Below, piece after piece: positions 37,401 to 50,000 of a DNA stretch of 64,000 bases; the stretch's first letter is position 1; each line of letters begins with the position of its first letter. The notes under the pieces are model-generated. The model did no database searches. It saw only the letters and a program-made list of their open reading frames with translations, and was not told the origin of the DNA. Source of the stretch: Lytechinus pictus (Eukaryota); the NCBI RefSeq assembly GCF_037042905.1, contig NC_087263.1:13456001-13520000 (forward strand), given 5' to 3'. The position numbers were made by a program, and so were the translations under genes.

Positions 37401-38237
37401 AGTTGGGGGTATTTGTTGAATTACCGTCATAACTTTGAAGGTTTATTGGTCTAGTTCATAAAACCTGGACGTAAGAGTAATCAAGTATCACTGAACATCC
37501 TGTGCGAATTTCAGGTCACATGACCAACGTCAAAGGTCAATGATCTTTGGCCATAATGGGGGTATCTGTTGAATTACCATCATAACTTTAAAAGTTTATG
37601 AATCTGATTCTTGAAACATGGACATAAGAGTAATCAAGTATCTTTAAACATCCCATCCGAGTTTCAGGTCACATGAACAAGGTCAAAGGTCATTTGAGGT
37701 CAATGAACTTTGGCCATGTTGGGGGTATTTGTTGAATTACCATCATATCCTTGCAAGTGTATTGGTCTAGTTCATAAAACGTGGACATAAGAGTAACCAA
37801 GTATCACTGAACATCTTGTGCGAGTTTCAGGTCACATGACCAATGTCAAAGGTCAATGAACTTTAACCATGTTGGGGGTATTTGTTGAATTACCATCATA
37901 ACTATGTAAGTATATTGGTCTAGTTCATAAAACTTGGACATAAGAGTCATTTAAGGTCATTGAACTTTGGCCATTTTAGAGGTAATTATTAGTTTGCTGT
38001 TATAACTTTCAAAGTCTATAGATGTAGTTTATAAAATGTGGGTATAGGGGTAATCAAGTATCACTGACAAGTTTTAGGTCACATGATCAAGGTCAAATAT
38101 CAATGAACGTAGTATTGTATCATTATATGAATGGTGTTTTTTGTGAATAATCATTTTATAGTAGTTTTCAAAGTCAGCACTGCTGCTGTATTGAATCGCG
38201 TGATGCAGGTGAGACCGCCAGAGGCATTCCACTTGTT
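34430..38237 (+). mobile_element. Helentron-associated (HINE/DINE-1-like) element with internal ~150-165-bp tandem array, duplicated head and tail
   Basis: T-rich 5' end, subTIR TCTCACCTGC plus nearby IR, short (GGC)n, about 13 tandem units, 3' subTIR GCAGGTGAGA followed by CCGCCAGAGGCATTCCACTTGTT ending at 37090 and 38237. Confidence 0.75.
34779..35983. mobile_element. Transib/RAG-superfamily-like non-autonomous element, 5-bp TSD
   Basis: Both ends CACAGTGGGCC-N10-AAAGTGCGCCAAAA; TSD CGGCG at 34774-34778 and 35984-35988. Confidence 0.85.
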
Positions 38238-38747
38238 AAGCTTTTTTGCGCTTATTCACTATGTAAAGAGTAGGTTCGTTCGTGTAACTATGGCATAAAG
38301 ACAACCTCTCTCGTGATTGATATACAATACATATGCTTCATCAGTTTTATCATTCGTTATCTTCACGATTCATCTTCAGCAACACCACCAACATTTCATT
38401 TTTTCATTTTTTTCATTTTCATAAACATTCATTTTCATGGACCTGGCCACGGAGGATTATCTATTGTTACTGGGGGTGCTGTGACATTGCTCAGCACCCC
38501 CATTTACGATAGAATAATCCTCCGTGGATAGGGCCCTGTTAATTTCTTCCAATTCCAGCACACACACGCCCAGTTAAAAACTGTCCAAATCATTGGTCTG
38601 TATCGACAGGGCGTTGCGTCTGCTCCGAAAGGATTATGATCGACTATCGCATGAGGTGTAAATGCGCCTAATTCGCGGTTATATACACTACATTCACTTA
38701 TCGTGTATCGTTGAAGATGTGGAGTAAGTGATGTCTTTGGAGCCCGG

Positions 38748-39056
38748 TCAGAAGTACGTGTCCAGTGTTCCATTGTAGCCTTTACGCTGTTCGCTCCTGT
38801 TCGTGGCGCCATGTTGGTAGGGCCCGTTTGTTAAGTAACCATGGTAACCACCGGTTCGGTTTCCGTACGAGAACCCATTGTCGTCCACCGCGTAGTGATA
38901 CTTAAAGCCGGGAGATGCGTCGTCTTCCATGCCAGAATCTAATCCCATCTCAAGCTTGACGTTCATTTCGTGCAACAACCGAGGGTCGGTGTGCGCCGGG
39001 AACACGGGGCCGACACTCCTGCTTCGCCTCCGACCTGCCCTTCCAGAAATGCGACG
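38748..39056 (-). CDS. Sushi/EGF/SEA-like TM gene, last exon (cytoplasmic tail)
   Basis: cctttcAG| RRISGRAGRRRSRSVGPVFPAHTDPRLLHEMNVKLEMG...GYNGTLDTYF*; phase 0. Confidence 0.75.
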   Translation of the reverse strand, partial: RRISGRAGRRRSRSVGPVFPAHTDPRLLHEMNVKLEMGLDSGMEDDASPGFKYHYAVDDNGFSYGNRTGGYHGYLTNGPYQHGATNRSEQRKGYNGTLDTYF

Positions 39057-39974
39057 CTGAAAGGTTTGATAGATAAAGGCCCACTGTTGTCATGGTGCAT
39101 TATCATAATACTAATCGACACAATTATCCAGTATTTATATTCACAGCATGATAATACAAAATAACAAGATAAACGATAGTCACGTCAGGTGCACAATTAA
39201 GACAGTTCCTCAGTTGTCTTTACATTAACCATGTTATACATAATATACATGTACGTTCATAAATTTATGCTGTCGTTTTCCAAGGATTAAAAGTTGCCTT
39301 GCTTGGATAGCTGTTACCAATATTTATGTTATCTAGAAAATCCATCAGGTACAGGTGAACTTTCTCGAATGTCACCTAAGGCAGTAGGAAAGTTATATTA
39401 TTTGCAGACCATTACCATAATCCTCGTAAACACCGAGTTGGTAAACTGGAAATCGATTGAATTCATGATTTCTTTTTTCTATCATTGTTCCTGTTTGTCG
39501 CCATCTATATCGCAAAATTCTGCAATTGTCCAATGGGAAACTCGATAAATAAAACCCCCTGGATATAGCTCGTTGCATGCTACCGCACACACGACCTTGA
39601 CGCTACAGGGAAGGTACTCCGTGACACAACTGACAGTAAATGGGGGCCATGGCATCACTTATGAAAACAGGCACACGCAAGAGAAAAAGAGTGTGAAACG
39701 CTTGTCTTTTGGAGAACTTTTCAGCTTTTCCGGTGCCCCCCAAAGCGTGGTGTGGCTCTATCCATTTTCCCCATATCAGACCAGATTTGTATATTTCAGT
39801 GATGTAGGACGTCCTTATCATGTAGCGTCGTATGTGGAAATGGCATGTAGCAAAGATTGAAAATTTCATTTAAAAAAAGGATGCTTATACACACATATGC
39901 GGTAATACTACGGCAATGATACATACTTGCATGGCACCTTCTTGCAAACTATGCAATCCTCCATTAAGACCTAC

Positions 39975-40230
39975 CTGTGAAAGTGTATTGTCCATTGGGT
40001 ATCTTCGCGGTCGAGGACGTTCATACCCCCCTGGTGGCCGTCCGAAGTAGCCCGGTATTCCATAAGAAGAACCACCATTCGTTTGCTGCATCTCCCATCT
40101 CTTCCGGCGGACAGCGAAGCAAACGAAACACGTGGCAACGACAATGAAAATGGTCAGGATGGCGATTATGGGAAGGCCGATAATGAGCACTGTGGCAGTG
40201 TCCGGTGTGTCTGTTGTGACCATATTTTGT
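39975..40230 (-). CDS. Transmembrane exon
   Basis: ttcaaAG| phase 2; VLIIGLPIIAILTIFIVVATCFVCFAV then RRKR stop-transfer; donor CAG|GTAGGT (alternative in-frame donor at 39927). Confidence 0.85.
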
Positions 40231-41022
40231 CTTTGAAGATAAAAAAGGAGTATATATACACATGGACCTATTAAAGATGGACACTCATCGAATAGTTAAT
40301 GAATTCACTAACATGTGACCGTCATTATGCTCTGAATAACATTATCTTCATATTTTTTTCTACTTTCATCCTACCGTGTTCCGCCGTCAATAAGGCCATG
40401 AGTTGAAAGAAGCAGTTCGTGATTAGACATTGATATTGCAGAAACTGTCTGGCGCAGAAGGTGATTAAAATCACTTAAATCCTGGAAAATCGATGTGCAG
40501 TTCTGGATTACCTTTAGCAATATTAGTTCCATGTGTTTTATTTGGGAAAATGTGTACGTGTACATTTTGAAATAGAGACAATTATTGTGATTTGTTGCCT
40601 TTTTATAAACCTGCAGCCGCTCGATCCCTACACATGCATATCAATAATCAACTAGATTATAGGGAAATCTTGCTCCGCGCCATACGACGTATTCAAGAAC
40701 ACAGTAAATGCATTGTCAAATGTCCTTTATGAAAAAAATCAACTAAGAAGTCTTTGTCAAAAATTGTTGATTTTTTTCCTTGTCGAAAATTGGTGAATCA
40801 AAACAGCAGTTGGACTCTGGACAAACGATATGTTTGCAATTTTTTCGTCAGCACCGAAACTTACGACGGACGTGCTGTCCCTATTGAGTTTCGCAAAGCC
40901 CTCCCAGCTGTTCATTGTCATTTGTCGGGCATTTTCAATATATTTACTGTGTTCTTAAATTCGTTCTGCGTCGTTGTGTGAAAACTCTCTAATGTGATCT
41001 CAAATACACACAGGAAACTCAC

Positions 41023-41122
41023 ATGCAGCGGACTTCTGCAGAGGTATCGTCGACCCTCTCGCATGTAGATCCATCAATACATGGATTTCCCAGGGAACAG
41101 GGGTTAGTCAGTAGCCCAAGGC
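41023..41122 (-). CDS. Juxtamembrane truncated EGF-like exon
   Basis: ccacAG| (S)LGLLTNPCSLGNPCIDGSTCERVDDTSAEVRC AT|GTGAGT; phase 1-2. Confidence 0.8.
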
Positions 41123-41425
41123 CTGTGGGTGAAAAATAATTTAAGTATGAAACAAATTACTGTGTGTTTATTATGGAAGATGTGTTAGCCGGGCCTTTGG
41201 AATATATCTTATTTTTAAGGTCATTATTTGTGTGTGTGGAAATTTACAACTTTGATAACAATTTCTATATCACAGAGATCGTGTGGTTCTTAATTTTGCT
41301 GGCCAAAATCTGACGCATATAGATTAAAAGGCATATTCAGCCAACGAGGCTGATAATAACCAAGTCCAAGAAATATACGATCGAAAAATGCATTTGTAGA
41401 CACTAAAAGGGCTGTGTGCCCTTAA

Positions 41426-41780
41426 AGAGTACTGAAGTAATGACGTCACAAAAAACTTTTTTTTTTTGCATTTCAGCATCTTTGATACCATATCTTGGTA
41501 GAGCATGATGAAATACTTCCACTGCCACTGCCACATAATTAGCCCCATTGAAGTCAACGTATTATTGGCCTGGTTCTATAAATTAGGAGCAACTGAGGCC
41601 AAATACATCGACTTCAATGTGGCTAATTATGTATTCATGAGGTCATATCTCAGGCTCCCATAGACCCATTCGCACCAAATTTTGGTAGTGGAGGTATTTT
41701 ATCATGCTCCACCAAGTTATGGTATCAAAAATGCTGAAATGCAAAATTAGAAATTTGATGACGTCACACTTCGGTACTCT
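41426..41780. mobile_element. MITE with inverted arms
   Basis: AGAGTACTGAAGTAATGACGTCA vs TGACGTCACACTTCGGTACTCT; inner arms TTTGCATTTCAGCATCTTTGATACCATA / TATGGTATCAAAAATGCTGAAATGCAAAA. Confidence 0.7.
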
Positions 41781-41898
41781 ATCAAAGGAAGGCTCGTGCG
41801 TTAATCATCCATTTCTCATTGCTCCATCTTGAGACTATGACTTCCCTATTCTGCTAACAAGAATTCTTATCATGAGGTAAAAATAAATTAAAACTTAC

Positions 41899-42091
41899 TC
41901 TGAACGGTAATCCCGGAATCCTCAATAGCAGATATCAGGAATGGTGTCAACTGTTGAATTGTTAGGTCACCATTAAAGGTAACATCGAGTCTGATCCTTG
42001 CTGTAATAAAACCAATGACGTCATCATTTGCCGAAATAGCAGTTCCGTTTACACTGATAACTTCTGGTAGGCTTTCCAACGCATTCACAAT
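41899..42091 (-). CDS. SEA-like domain exon (second part)
   Basis: ttacAG| IVNALESLPEVISVNGTAISANDDVIGFITARIRLDVTFNGDLTIQQLTPFLISAIEDSGITVQ A|GTAAGT; phase 0-1; the SEA assignment is inferred. Confidence 0.8.
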
Positions 42092-42590
42092 CTGTAATGG
42101 TAACGAAAAAATAATTAGTGATAATAGTAAGTGGTCAGTCAGCTAGGCAGGTAGAAATGCATACAGCACTGTGCCTATATCAGTTACATGAGCCCTCTAA
42201 TTATGATTGATAAAGCATATCCCAATATTTGTAATTATTGTGCGAGAGAAATAACAGAAGTGTTTAATCTTTGAGTGAAATCAGGTCCAACCAATAAACC
42301 ATAAAGTTTTCTTCAGGTACTGAACCAATTGCAGTCAAGCTAGTAGAAATCGCCCATGCTCAAAGTGAAGTTTTATGCTGTCATATGGCACTTGCATGAT
42401 TTTGGGGTCCCTCATTAGCACAATTCGATCGTGCCAATTCGTGACAACTTAAGCATGAACTGCGGCAATGTTCCATAGCATGATAGTCCCGACTAGTTCA
42501 CGGCACTCTTGCCGCAAAAGACACGACATATTCAATTTTTGCCTTCGATGCGTGCATTTTTAAAGGAGAAATTCATTTTCCCATACTTAC

Positions 42591-42685
42591 CCTGTCCTGT
42601 AGGTTTTGAACGGCTGATGAACCAATAGGAATAGCTGCACGTTTACTTACAACGTTTTCACCCATGAAATTACCCTCCATCAATG
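42591..42685 (-). CDS. SEA-like domain exon (first part)
   Basis: ttttaaaaAG| (A)LMEGNFMGENVVSKRAAIPIGSSAVQNLQDR |GTAAGT; phase 1-0 fits both neighbours. Confidence 0.7.
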
Positions 42686-43295
42686 CTTTTTAAAAGAGAA
42701 ATGGAAATGGCAAGCCTTGTTCAAGGAAGTGGTGTTGTTTAAAAATGCAAACCAACGTTTGCCATGTCTATATAATTGGCGAACGTTTAAATCGTATACA
42801 ATGAAGATCATTAAAGTAAAAAGATTTAAACGATAATTTAGTACGAATTAGAAAATCTAGCAGCATATGTAAAACACAAGTTATCAATTGTCCAAAGAAT
42901 TTAGATCTTGTCGATGCTGATGGCCTCCCTGGTTCCTTTTCTTGATTGTAACTAATACAAGTGCCATTGAAATTAGTATTGGATCTCAAGAACTTTTTCT
43001 GTAAAATGTTTCCATCTTCCGTTATTTTATTTCAACTTGAAAATGAGAAATAAATGCAACCCAGTCAATCGATAAATTCTCGATGAATAATAAACACAGG
43101 ATTTATTACAATTTCATGTATATGCGTTCCACAATCTCACTTTTCTATTTCAGTCAAGCCCCTAGCATCAACCTTAGGTCATCAAAACGCACAATTTACT
43201 TATATGAAATCGATATTTTTTTTTTTTTTTTTTACATAGAGAGAATGGCCTCAGAAACGATGAAATCGCATTTAAGGGGTTATTTTTTTTCTCAA

Positions 43296-43778
43296 ATTTC
43301 CTACGATTCCATCATTACCAATTATGATCATGTCATACAAAGGTTGTTTACGGACCCCAAAAGAAATGTCCGCCCTATAAACTCGCATTTACTACGGAGA
43401 CATTCTCTATACAACGCGCCGATTTATTTTGAAAATGCAAGCCAAATCACAATGGAGAGCTGAGAGGCTTTTGTCGAAAGTTGGTGGACTGGGACAGCAG
43501 ATCATCCGAATATTTGCACCAGACGAACAATTGCAAATATGTCGTTGTCCAGAGCCAAGAGATTCCGATGCTTTCCCGGTCCACCAACTTTCGACAAAAG
43601 CCTCTCAGCTCTCCATTGTGATTTAGCTTGCATTTTCAAGGGAATCGGCGCGTTGTAGAGAGTTTCTCCGTAGTAAATGCGAAAAGTCGCTATTTATACG
43701 TTGGAAGTTTATTTTGGGGTCTGTGTACAACCTTTCTATGCCGTGATCATAATTGGTAATGATGGATGCGTAGGCAAT
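43296..43778. mobile_element. Foldback/MITE with ~200-bp inverted arms
   Basis: CACAATGGAGAGCTGAGAGGCTTTTGTCGAAAGTTGGTGGAC mirrored at ~43579-43620; outer arms CCATCATTACCAATTATGATCA / TGATCATAATTGGTAATGATGG. Confidence 0.85.
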
Positions 43779-45122
43779 GATCATTGGAGTATACTGCTTT
43801 CTCTAAAATGACAGTTGAAGTCATCAGGTGGTGACACGGCTTGTAAAAATGCCTCTGGGATGTAAACCACTTTTGGCGATTGTAAAACGCTAATACAATT
43901 TTAGAATGTAGTAAAAATCGGTTTCAGTATTTCTTTGTCGCAATAATATTACCATCAATTTTGGACGAAAACAATTGATAAGGGGATAAATATGTACATA
44001 AAATACCTTTGAAACCGCGTTTATATTCCAAAAAATGATTTAAACTTCCACAACAAAACACTTAGAGAATGTACTTAATATCATACAATGAAAGAATAAT
44101 GAATGCATTAAGTGAATGTATTATAAAATAACATTACTAACTCAAATTTTACAAGTGCATTGATTTTTGCGCATCTGGAAAACTTGTGCTTATCTGCTCA
44201 ACAGGCTTTGTACCGTTCGCTACAGTACGTGAATTTTGCCTCACAATTTCCGAAAATCATAAATGTATGACTATTTTTACTTTTTTCGGTTTTAAACAGA
44301 TTGCTATGCTATTTGCATGTATGATCGAAAAAGTGTCTCCAACAAAGTTCATCGAAAAAACAATTAAAAATAAACGGCTCGAAAAAACCAATAAAATAAA
44401 TAGGAAATTAATTGTGTTTTGAGAATTAAGTAATCCGGTAATTGAAGAAATTAACACCATGTCTATACTGCAAGAGCCGATCGAGAAACGCAGCACAGGG
44501 AGTTGAAATAGTCAAAATGTCCCAAAGCTGATGGGGGTCACGACAAGCAGTCAGTAATTCAATATCTCTATATAAAAAACCAGCAAATAAACGAGTAGCC
44601 ATACTGACACACAGGGTGTTGGGACAAACTGACCTCATTTTCCTGATACCCACGAATCAATTGCATCATCTTAACGATATGCATATTTTAATAAAAGCAG
44701 AAATAATATTGGTAAAGGTTTGACGAAGATTCTTTAGAAATCACGAAGTTAAAAACTTTGAATTTTCAGTTTTGATTTTGTGGTGTCACAGGCGAACCGC
44801 CCTTTTCGTTTATAATTATTTTGAAGGGATTTTATTAGTTGGGGGGCTATTTCCCCAGACACATCATTCTATACTCCTTACGAAAAATATTTCATATTCA
44901 TGATATTCCAATAAAAATATAAATTTGTATTTCACGATGTATGGGGAAGCTGCTCGAAGATGACGTCATACAAAAAAAAAATTCTACATTTCGTTTATTC
45001 TCTGATGTATTTCTACGAAGCCTACAGCTGTGTTTTTTTTTTATTACTATACAACCAATTATTGTAAGGGTGAACTTGCCCTTTATTCTAATTGAGCTGT
45101 GTCTGATTTAACAAAAACTTAC

Positions 45123-45158
45123 CTTCTGAGGGGCAATTCGAGTCATTTGTAGAACACT
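45123..45158 (-). CDS. 36-nt Cys mini-exon (copy B)
   Basis: tttttcAG| (E)CSTNDSNCPSE G|GTAAGT; phase 1-1. Confidence 0.75.
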
Positions 45159-45449
45159 CTGAAAAAGAAATAAAGAGTGGTACAATGTCTTATCATTGAA
45201 ATCCAAATAGGTCAACAGTAAAAAAATAATAAGTTGGAGGTTTATTTAGCTCCCATAGACATTTCGCGATAAATCATGATAAACTCACGATAAACCGATA
45301 CAAATTTATACGTTTTTTTTTATTTACATCGATACATAAAGAATGAAAAACAGGATAGAGAGGTCCACTTGTCTAATAAGAACCCCCATAGATTATTGAT
45401 CAAAACATAATTCATAAATTGAAATCTTCCGAAAATTAATTTTGCCCAA

Positions 45450-45650
45450 ATGATCGAGGGCCCGCCGGCGGCAGCCACTGTACAGCGACAGACCAACGTT
45501 GTTCTAACCCTTAAATCGTTGAACGCCATTTATGTTCAAACAGGGTACCAGTAACTAGTATATTTTAATAACGTCTGTTTGGTCTGAGGCGACCAGGGCT
45601 TGAACTACCGACCTCCAGTTGGTGAGACGGGCGCTCTACCAACTGAGACA
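45450..45650 (-). mobile_element. tRNA-derived SINE remnant
   Basis: Minus strand CTCAGTTGGTAGAGCG ... GGTAGTTCAAGCCC. Confidence 0.55.
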
Positions 45651-45727
45651 ACACACATAGATGCAACGATAAATAATGTTTGTTTTTAAAACGTGACTCG
45701 AGAAAACAAGATGAAGAAATAACTAAC

Positions 45728-45835
45728 CACATTTCGTTCCAGTGTATTCGACAGGACAATTGCAAGTGTAAGAGTTGATACCATCCACACAGGTCCCACC
45801 ATTCATACAGGGTTCTGATGAACATTCGTTAATAT
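45728..45835 (-). CDS. Calcium-binding EGF exon (copy B)
   Basis: ttgcAG| (D)[42 protein letters not shown]; phase 1-1. Confidence 0.9.
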
Positions 45836-45949
45836 CTGCAAATAGGTGAATACTATTAACGATTGATTTCAGAAAGGAGAATGCAGAGTTTTTTTCTTTT
45901 ATTGCTCATTATCTTGTATTATTCAAGGGAGTGGGGTTTTTTGTTGTTG

Positions 45950-46000
45950 TAATTGTTGAGCAGTTCATTCCAGTATAGCCAGGAATACAGTTACAAGTAT
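45950..46000 (-). pseudogene. EGF pseudo-exon remnant truncated by a MITE
   Basis: TCNCIPGYTGMNCST with no GT donor; its 5' part is replaced by the MITE fragment 46001-46243. Confidence 0.65.
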
Positions 46001-46243
46001 TGGTCCAAATATCTGCTGACGTGACTGCACGCAGCAGAAGGGGTGGGGCCAACCTGCCAAGATCTTCGAACAGCAGCCGAAGCATATGCGAACTGAGAAT
46101 CGTCAGAGCTCGGGCATTCGGAACATGACATTTGTGTACGCGACGTATAACCATGAAAACATTGGTGTCAATGGGCAACTGGCGCCGGCCGCAATGCTTA
46201 CGTATGTCAAGCAGCGCCCTCTGAATCCGGGGACGGTGAGCTA
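46001..46243. mobile_element. Partial copy of the 26894-27313 MITE
   Basis: Shared GCCAACCTGCCAAGATCTTCGAACAGC...TCAGAGCTCGGGCATTCGGAACATG. Confidence 0.8.
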
Positions 46244-46819
46244 CATCCCAGTACTGACACAAAGTGTGGTGAATCCATCAAAATAGATAATAACTTGACA
46301 ATATACTGCATGAGTCGTGAACTGCTACACAGGGAGTTGAAATTGTCAAAAATATCCCATATATAGCTGATAAGGTCACGACAATAATTGCATCATCATA
46401 ACGATATGTAGTTTTTAATTAAGCAGAAAAAATATACTTCTAAAGTTTTAATGAAATTTCATTAGAAATAAAAGAGTTGTGAATGTCCAAAGTTGTGTGA
46501 TGTCACAAGCGAACCCCGCCCCCTTTTTTAAAATATATAATTAAGTTGAAGGGATTCTATTTGTGCGGGTTATATTTCACCTGACACATCATTGTATACT
46601 ATTTACGAAAAATATTTCATTTTCATCATGTTCCAGTAAAAATATAGAATTTGTATTTCACGATGTATGGGGGAGCTGCTCGAACATGACATCTCGTTTA
46701 TTCTCTGAAGTATTTTTCTCAAGACAACAGGTACATTTTTATTTATTACAACCAATTATTGTAAAGGTCAACTTCCCTTTATTCCAAATGAGCTGTGTCT
46801 GATTTAACGAAAAACTTAC

Positions 46820-46855
46820 CTTCTGAGGGGCAATGCGAGTCATTTGTAGAACACT
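46820..46855 (-). CDS. 36-nt Cys mini-exon (copy A)
   Basis: tttttcAG| (E)CSTNDSHCPSE G|GTAAGT; phase 1-1. Confidence 0.7.
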
Positions 46856-47006
46856 CTGAAAAAGAAATAAAGAGTGGTATAATGTTTTATCATTGAAATC
46901 AGAATAGGTCAACAGTAAAAACAAATTAAGTTGGAGGCTTATTTAGCTCCCATTGACATTTCGCGATAAATCATGATAAACTCACGACAAACCGAGAAAA
47001 ATTACC

Positions 47007-50000
47007 AGAAACTCTCCCAGCACTTTAAATGCATGTTTCTCAATTTGACCCTTGCATTGGAGAAACAGGTTTGTAGACCAAATATGTGACACCACTGGGT
47101 TCCGTTTGTGTTTTTCGATTTGTACCTGCACGGTGGACCAAAATTGCCCACAAACCCTGTTTTCATATGACAGGTGACTATGGAGAGTGACTATCTCTAT
47201 GCCCTACCTGTATATCTAAAAAATGGTCTTAAGATCTGCATCGCCCTTCCTCCCATGCAAACAAGAGTGGTCAGAGAGATAAAGAAGGGATTAAAGACAA
47301 AATCAAAGCTGTAAATACTAATCTTAATAGCATGTATGCCTACTCTTTACCAACTAGCATTAGGTTTGCACCCCTTGTCACATATGAATCTGATGTACAT
47401 GTAGTACAGGAGGAAGGAAAGGTTAGCCAGCGACGAATGGAAAATGATTGCCCAGGAGCAATAAAACGTAATCCTTCCTTACCACCAGGTCAGACGTCTT
47501 ACAAGAAATCTTCCATTCGTACAACTGCAAGCAATGCACAGCATGCCTCTGTCAGGCAATACGAAGAGAGACATAAGCATTCACCGACCAAACATAGGCC
47601 TTGCCTCCCACCACCCTCATGGCTGTCAAGAGAAAATGAGCCTATGACAGTCTCAAGTCGTACATTTTACCCAAAGAATGGCGCTCAAGCACCCAATGGT
47701 AACAAATTGCGAGTGAGTTATCTTTCATTACAAGATAATTTCCCACCATATCCAGTATATTCAGACGTCCACCAGGAAACCATTGACCATCCTGACATAC
47801 AGTCACCGAGATTTATAGCAGCCAATCTCAACCTTGCACCTTCGAATGAAAGAATACTCCTTATTAATTGTTACATTCCGAGCGGCACCTCATCTGCTGA
47901 TCTCACAGAGTACCAGGTCTGTCTAGCAATCATCACGCACATACCAGACACTTATGTGTACCGGGCAAACAATCTAACCCCTGTAGTGATTGCTGGAGAT
48001 TTTGATGCTGACACAGTACATCAGAACAATAAAAAGACACTGGAATATATAAGGTCTTTCATGAACTATGCTGTTTGCATGAGTACCATAGACGAGCACT
48101 GTTTATCTGAACAATTTACCTTTCAATCGGATGATGGGAAAAAAGGTCAAACATTGATGGATTCCTGATACCTTTATCTGCGCTACCACGATTTGGAGTT
48201 GTGTCTATAAAGGAGGATGATCCTTTGAACATATCCGACCACTTTCCGTCACCATCACATGGGATCCTAGTACTCCTCAGACCTCTCTTGAGGAGATAAA
48301 TAAGTCGCCAAGCTCTTCCCCTCACAAACCAGAAAAAGTTGCCAGAATAAAAATAAGATGGGATCAAGTTGATTACGATACTCTCCAGGAACTCTACACG
48401 GTACCTATAGAAGAGATAGCAATGGATCTATTTACCAACATAGATGACAGTGAAATTCTTCTGTTGTCTCTCTCCCAAGCAATGCTTCAGCAGTCAAAAT
48501 ATCTCCCTCACAGTAAACCTTGCCAAAAACGTCTCGGTAAAGCAGAATGGTCAACACAAGATGCTGAAGCATATTCCGAAGCAAACCATGCATGGAAACG
48601 CTGGAAAGACAAGGAAAGCCCATTGGAGTAATTCTGCATGATGTCTACCTCCATTTGAAGAAAGTATTCAGACAGAGGTTGAGACAGGCATGTGCCGTAG
48701 AACATCGTAGGCCCCTGTCCAGCATCGAATCTGCATCAGCGGGAAATGCCAGGCTCTTCTACCAGCTGGTTAAGAGGCAACGAACCAACAACACAAAACG
48801 ACAAACAAAAGTGCTTGAGAACCAAGGCTACACATACGAGAAAGGAGATGTAGCCGCTGGTTGGAAGTGCTGCTTCACAGATTTGGATCAACCTGCACCG
48901 AATGCCGAAATCTCTCAGATAACAATTAATGATCAATTTGAACTGAATGAGGTTGTCCCAATGCTACAGGAATCGGCCCTTATTACCCCATGAGCTTGAT
49001 GTACCCATCGCCAGCATCAAGAAAGGGAAAGCTAGTGGACCTGGCGATATTATCACAGAACACACCTAATATCATGGTATCGTCATTCACCCCTCAAGTC
49101 TGAAGAATGGACGTGTCGTTCCTCTACACAAAGGGAAAGGCAAAGATGTGAAAGACCCAAGAAACTATCGTAGAATAACTCTGACTTCTACTTTGTGCAA
49201 ATTGAATGAACTCGCCCTTAAACCAAGGATCCAGCGTTCATTTGAAAAAAAAAAACAATATTCCAGATGAACTTCAGTTTGGTTTCCAAAAACATCACTC
49301 CTCTATCCTGACCTCATGTTGTCTTGAACTCATTATTGAACTTAATTTTGCAAACAAAATATCCACTTATGTTACACTCCTAGATGCTGAGAAAGCTTTA
49401 TATAAAGTTTGGCATCAGGGTCTTTTCCATAAGCTAGGGGGCACAAACATTCATCCTGTACATCTTAATAGGATCCACTCTCTGTACAAAGATCTTCAGA
49501 GTCAAGTCATTTTGGATGATGTAGCAAGTGAGCCCTTCCCAATTCGTCAAGGAGTAAGGCAAGGGGGAGTTTGATCTCCACTCCTCTACATTACATTCAT
49601 TGAGGCACTCACCAAGCATCTACGTAGGAGGAATCTTGGCTGTAATCTACAAGATCGATATTCTGGTCTTCTAGTCATTGCCGATGATGTAATCCTTCTA
49701 AGTAACTCACCAAGTGAACTACAATCTATGCTTGATGTCACAAACAGCTATACAAACGAATGGAAATACAGAATCAATCCATCCAAAAGCTGCATCATTG
49801 CCTTCAACAATGGAAAACACACCTCACAGCAATATGCCTGGCATCCGGGAGAGGACCTAGTGCAAACTGCACAAATGCATCCTCATCTTGGCATTACAAA
49901 AGCTAGCACAAGGAGAGATCCAACTGAGGACATGATTGCCAAAGGACTGAAAACCTTTTATTCTATCACTGCAGCTGGTGCATATACAGGTGGCCTCCTA

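Noticed and set aside
35990..38237. Regular repeat array as a CRISPR or coding repeat
   Set aside because: Units are whole-length tandem repeats with no unique spacers, no cas genes and no ORF, in a eukaryotic context
43790..43890. Possible extra minus-strand exon of the TM gene
   Set aside because: No convincing donor or domain motif; flanking exons already join in phase
16250..45650. tRNA genes at ~16400, 28200, 30480, 32760 and 45640
   Set aside because: A/B boxes are present but I could not build convincing full cloverleafs, and each continues into a SINE-like body
47332..48168. 278-aa ORF as a host gene
   Set aside because: Its C-terminal half is LINE AP-endonuclease (CYIPS, AGDFDA) within a decayed retroelement
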